From: Macrostomum lignano
Taxonomy: Eukaryota
Direction: 5' to 3'
NCBI GenBank assembly: GCA_002269645.1
Contig: NIVC01001277.1
Coordinates: forward strand, 124,001-188,000
DNA length: 64,000 nt
The position numbers and the translations under genes are program-made. This document shows, one piece after another, positions 58,775 through 64,000 of the stretch. How positions within the stretch are numbered: position 1 is the stretch's first letter; every line of letters begins with the position of its first letter. The notes below the pieces were generated by a model. The model saw only the letters and a list, made by a program, of their open reading frames with translations, had not been told where the DNA came from and searched no databases.

Positions 58775-59840
58775 TGCAGGCCTGTTTTCCAAAAACATCG
58801 GGAATATAACATGAAAAACTCCCGATGCTTATCGAGCCGTAACATGTTACCGTGTTACAAAATACGGTGGATTTCCATTTTCTAGGAAACCATCTCTAAT
58901 GCGCAATAGCTATGTTGACTATAGCATTATATAGCATTGACTAATTTTTATTAGATAGATTGAACCAGTATGATACTAATAGTGCATAGTAAGTAGTAAT
59001 TGGCTAAGCTAACACTAACAGTAGTTATAAATGGTAGACAGTAACTAAAGGTAGTGAAGTTGCTAGCTGAAGTTTAATTAAATAAATCAAATCTTGGCTT
59101 TTTAGTTTTGCATCTTTTTTACTAAGCAGCAAGATTATCCTAATATTATTTTCTTATTTTGTTATATAAAAAGGGCTACAAAGGAAGAATAATAATATTT
59201 AATTATTATTGATATTAGCTACTAATATTGATTCTATCATTTATTAATATTTTATTTTTATGCTTATGCTTATGGCCCCCAAATTATTATTATTAATTTA
59301 TTCTAATCTAATATACTAACTACGATGATCTAATAATCGTTCCAACTGTCAATTAGGTAACAAAAACTTTGCTCTTTGCATTTATACTATTGAAAACTAT
59401 CTATACTTTCAAGTTAGTTAAAATGTAAATATAGGCCTATATATATGAATATCAGGCATATAGCTAAAATTCTTATCAAAGGGGACTTAATCCAAGAATG
59501 AAGAGGGTATGGGAATCCAAGAATAGGGGATCACATCAAATCTTATCAAAACCAAGCCTTAGGGGGGCTAGTGACAGGGTCATCTATATTTATAGTCGAT
59601 AACCTTTTTAGTACAGTGGATAGAGGCTTTTTAGTGGATTAGTGTACTAATAATAATACTGGTGCTAGTGGTCGTGGATCGTAGTGGATTTTTAGTTTGA
59701 AGCTTCGCTGCGCATTATAAATTATTTCATAGAAAACGGAATTCTAACCCGTATTCTATAACACGGTAACATGTTACGGCTCGATAGACATCGGGAGTTT
59801 TTCATGTTATATTGCCGATGTTTATGGAAAACATAGGTGG
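58775..59840. mobile_element. Probable non-autonomous element with ~110-bp imperfect inverted repeats and AT-rich interior
   Basis: 58781-58880 (AACATGAAAAACTCCCGATG..CGAGCCGTAACATGTTACCGTGTT) matches the reverse complement of ~59725-59835; TSD not identified. Confidence 0.55.
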
Positions 59841-59904
59841 AAATTGTTATCTTATTAATTCTCGTTAATTAATTAATTAATTAACTCTCGTTAGTTAATA
59901 ACAT

Positions 59905-61791
59905 GCCGCTCTTCTGTGCCTATGCGCCCATGGCTGCGCGCCCAGAGGAGCACTGGCAGTTTCTGGAGTTCCTGTCAGCGCAGCTGGAGAAGATCGCTCA
60001 ACTCGACACGTCGACACTGTACTGGTACTCGGAGACCTCAACGCCGTCATGCGAAGGTCCGAACGCGCCCGCTTTGTAACGCCACGCGAAAACAACAGTA
60101 CTAAAAATTCCCTAGTGGATTTCATGGACCGCCACGACCTGGTCTCAGCAAACACGCTGTTCAGGAAGCCGCTTCACAGATTGGCAACATTTGCTGGCTG
60201 TAAGCGGCCACGTCGGAAAGCGTGCGGAAAATTTGCTAGGAAGAGACTCGCACAGCTCGACCGCAATGCTGCTTCACCAGCGATCGAGAACGATGACGAG
60301 TGACTAACTGCGATACGGTGGCCCCGTTGGCAGTGCGGTCAGGTCATAGGCTGCTCTACCTGCGACCTGTGCCTGAGGGACCCACTATATCGACCACCGA
60401 AAAAACAGCCAAAGCGCTACTTCCGAGCCCTACACGACCCAGTTACAAGTGGCCGCTTCTGTCTGGCATTTGCCAAAGCGCTGGAAGAACGGCCAGATAC
60501 AACAACCCCAGCCGAGTACCTGGACATCAGTGCCGCCATCCAAGCCGCCGCCACCAAAACTCTGCCGCTGGTGAAGCCAGCAGAAAGGAGTCGGCCAGTG
60601 TGGCAGAACGACGAAGTGCTGCAGCAGGCCCGGCTGACAGTGGAGAGACTGCGGAGGAGCGGACAGCCCTCGGAGAAGGAAAAGGAGACTCTAGCGGAGA
60701 CATTTAAAGCCGGGCAACGCGCCGCTGTGGAGACCGCTATTTAGGAGATCACAGACGTCGTTCCCGCCAAGAAGCCGCATGCCGTCTGGTCGGTCGTCAA
60801 TCAGCTGACAGGCCGCAAGAGATGCAACGCTCCGAACCTGGCGGGTGACACGCCCGAAGAGAGGCGAAACGAGCTGCGGACCTTCTCTGGTATCGTCAAC
60901 GCGCCCCCTCCGCCGCAAAGGGACGATATGTCATAGCCCACGGAGGTTGAGCTGCCAGGGGAGAGCTCCTTTAACATCAGCCCCATCACCATCGACGAGG
61001 TGCTCCAACTTGCAAAGAAGACGCCAGGCAACAAGGCTACTGGACCCGACGACATGCCTGAGGAGCTGCTGCGCCTCCCGCAGGTCGCGCTGGAAGTCAC
61101 GCGAGTGATGAACTACGTGCTAGCTGGGGGCCCCGCCCCTGCTGAATGGCGGATCATCGGGATATCGTCGGGATCCCAAAGAAACCAGCTTCGATCCATC
61201 AAAATCGAAGAACATCGCGGCGCATGGGCGCTTGCCTGAGGCGCATTTCGCACTGTGCGGACTGTCCTGCAGTGCCCCGCGCTGCCGGATCGGCTGAGAA
61301 GGTGGCTGTTCCAGGCCGTCATACAAACCGTCCTCCTTTACAATTGCTGAAACGTGGACACTGACCGGCCCACAGAAGGGCAACTCGACGCCGCTCACAC
61401 TGGACTCCTGAGAGCCGCCTCCTGAGAGTGTCCACTTACTCGCCGATCGCCACCACCAACACCAGCAATGACGAGCTATACCGACGGGCCCAGCTCTCCC
61501 GACCCAGCCAGCTGCTGCACATTCGGCGCCTACAGCTGGTTGGCCACGTCATCCGGGCAGAGCAGTACTGCCCTGAGCCGCTTCGAGACGTGCTGCTGCT
61601 ATCCCTTCAAGGGCCGCGGCGGCTTGGTCAGGCGAGAAATCAGCGTTTCGTCCACCTGCTTCTAAGAGACGCTGAAATCTCTGACCCTCGCGGACTCACT
61701 GTTCTGCGCAAATCTACGCTTGCGCGTGCCTTTTGACAGCAACCCAACTTGGCTTACCCAGGGTTGCTGTAGTTTGTCGTTGTTGTAGTCG
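59905..61791 (+). mobile_element. Degenerate RTE-type LINE with RT core missing
   Basis: APE remnants (VLGDLNA, LVDFMDRHDLVSANTLFRK), KATGPDDMPEELL, C-terminal RRLQLVGHVIR..GPRRLG, degenerate (GTT)n tail. Many frameshifts; no YADD. Confidence 0.8.
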
Positions 61792-62067
61792 ATATTTAGT
61801 CATTCAGTTTTTGATCTACAATAAAGCCAAAAAACGTATCTCAAAATTCGTACGCATAAATTTGGACACTATGTGAGATTCCTAAATACTTTCTCGGATA
61901 ATTGAAAAAAATCAAAAATAAAATTACATGAACAATCAAAATCAATAATCTACGAGCCGTATATATTTGCAATGTACATCAGTCGATGTACATCAAGATT
62001 ATTTGCACATGAATACCTCCACCCCTATAACAACCACACAACAACGAAAACATTCACGTCTCTTACA

Positions 62068-62081
62068 TCCCTTCCTTCCCT
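62068..62081 (-). promoter_or_regulatory. Polypurine tract followed by probable 3' LTR start (TG at 62067)
   Basis: Minus strand AGGGAAGGAAGGGA|TGTAAG about 80 nt after the pol stop; LTR far end not defined. Confidence 0.65.
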
Positions 62082-62160
62082 AAATTGAGGATCATAAAAA
62101 AATATGAAAAGAGGCAGTAAAACCACGAGAATTAAAAACTAGCAAAAATGAATCAGTAAA

Positions 62161-64000
62161 TTAGTTTTGCGCAGCATGAAAATCAGGCGGTCCTCGAGTC
62201 CTTGCAGAACGCCGAGGGCCGACTGCGGTCGGCTCATCCAGCAAGTCCGTCCAGGTCTGCCGCGGATCGACAGCCGGTCTGGGCGGTCGGCCGGCCTCTG
62301 CAACGGGCGGAGTCGGGGCGGACTGCCAGGAAGCGGGCTGCGGCCGCCTGCGCACGAACAGCTTGAGCCGGTCGTGATGCACCACCGTGCTTCGTCTCCG
62401 GCCGGCGGGTTTTGAGATCCGGTAGGTGACGTGGCTCAGCCTCTCGAGCACGCGGTACAGTCCCAGCCACCGCCGACGGAGAGCCTTGTACTGGACCTTC
62501 AGCACCGCCGGGTTGCTGAGCATCACCAGCTGCCCGACTTGGATCGGCGTGAAGTGCTGGCGCTTGTCGTACTGCTGCTTCCGTGACCGCTGTGTCGACT
62601 GCAGGCGCTGCCGCACGAGCTGCAAGCCGGTGCGAGCGTCTGCCAGCGTGTCCGTGACGAGCCTCCTTTCGCCGCCTGCAGGTAAACTGAGCTCTGCCGG
62701 GATCCTGGGGTCACATCCCTGAAGCACTGCGTAGGGCGACCTCTTGGTGGTGCAGTGCGCTGAAGAGTTGTACGCCCAGATGACGTACGGCAGGAAGTCC
62801 GCCCATTTGTTCTGCTGTTCCATGCAGTACGCCGCCAGCATGTCCCTAATGTTCGGTTGAACCGCTCGACTTCAGGGTTGTTGCTGGGATGGATGGAAGG
62901 GCGTCGTTCTTGTCTTGCGAATATCCAGCAGGTGGCACAGCTCTTGGAAGATGTCACTTTCAAACTGACGACCCTGATCGGAGTGGATGACTTCGGGCGC
63001 TCCATGGCGTAGAACGAAACTGCTTAACATCGCATCCGCAACCGTCCGGGCCTCAATGTTGGACACCGCGGTCGCCTCAACCCACTTGGAGAACACGTCC
63101 GTGAAGCAGATGATGTACCTGAGGCCGGTTTCAGTCTCTGGGAGGGGCCCTTTGATGTCTACCTGCACCATCTCCCGAGGAGCTGATGGCACGGTGTTGT
63201 TCTGCAGCGGGGCCCTCTGGTGCTGATGCGGTACCTTGCGACGCTGACACACTTCGCAGCTGCTCACCCAGTGCTGGACTTCGTCCCTTAGGCCGGGCCA
63301 CCAAGCTCTGCTGACGACTCTGGCCAGCGTCCTTTCGGTTCCGAGGTGCCCGCTTGCAGGATCGTCGTGCAGCAGCTGCAGCAGGTCCTGACGAAGCTGC
63401 CGCGGGATGACGGGTTGGCCACTCTTCTTGATGACGCCATCTTCGCCCAGGTTCAGCTTCTTCGTCCTCACCAGGTGTTCTGCGTCATCTGCAGCCTTGC
63501 CACGTCTAGGCTTTTGTCCGAGGAGCACTTGGCGAGCCGCCGCAAGCACTGGGTCGTCAGCCTGCGCTACACGGATGTCGTTGTCCGACCAGGCAGGGTG
63601 CAGCTGGGTCGCCGCTGCCACGTTTTCGCGACCAGGTCTGAAGAGCAGCTTGAAGTTGATCTCCTGCAGAAACGCAATCCATCTGGCTAGCCGGCTCCTT
63701 GGTGTTGAGCAGTCCTTGCAACGGCTTGTGGTCGGTGAAGACGAGAATTTCGCCAGCGGACGCCAAGTAGTTCCGGAAATTCTTCATCGCCCAGACCACC
63801 GCAAGAAGCTCTCTGTGGGTAGTCGAATAATTGCGCTCCGCTTTGTTCAGGATTCTCGACGCGTAGGCTACTGGACACTCGGCACCTTCGTGGAGTTGGC
63901 TCAGGACGCCGGCGACGGCCACTCCGCTGCTGTCACAGCACAACCGGAATCCCTTGGAGAAGTCAGGCAGCTTCAGTACGGGTGGTGCCGACAGAGCTGA
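62161..64000 (-). mobile_element. Ty3/Gypsy LTR retrotransposon pol (RNase H + integrase), frameshifted, truncated by window edge
   Basis: CDSS..AGVL..PVAYASR..ERNYSTTHRELLAVV, TDHKPL; HHCC (HDDPASGH..CEVC); VDIKGP, DVFSK, SDQGRQFES, VERFNRTL; GPY/F-like region. Indels near 63700 and 62840-62885. Confidence 0.92.

Overview
Eukaryotic (animal) genomic DNA, intron- and minisatellite-rich. The style resembles Macrostomum-type flatworm genomes, but that is an impression, not verified. I assembled two multi-exon host genes by hand on the minus strand; most of the junctions used are GT-AG and phase-consistent. (1) A ~26.5 kb gene (ATG candidate 26951, running off the left edge) encoding ankyrin repeats, a helical/ARM-like region, a RasGEF-N (REM)-like region, FERM B and C lobes, and a CDC25 RasGEF domain closest to the PLC-epsilon type. 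Several of its exons are absent from the ORF track. (2) A 4-exon carnitine O-octanoyltransferase (CROT) ending in the PTS1-like signal ARL. Mobile DNA comprises: a 9.4 kb CACTA/EnSpm-type transposon (TIRs, 3-bp TSD, subterminal GGTCAC repeats) in CROT intron 1, carrying a frameshifted transposase, an unknown ORF and a BEN-domain ORF; a full-length I-group (LOA/R1-like) LINE with a 12-bp TSD; a MITE with an 8-bp TSD; a degenerate RTE-type LINE; a degenerate Ty3/Gypsy pol cut by the window edge; and a PHD + FLYWCH-like ORF. Nearly every long intron holds its own unrelated minisatellite. Most ORF-track entries are translations of these repeats.
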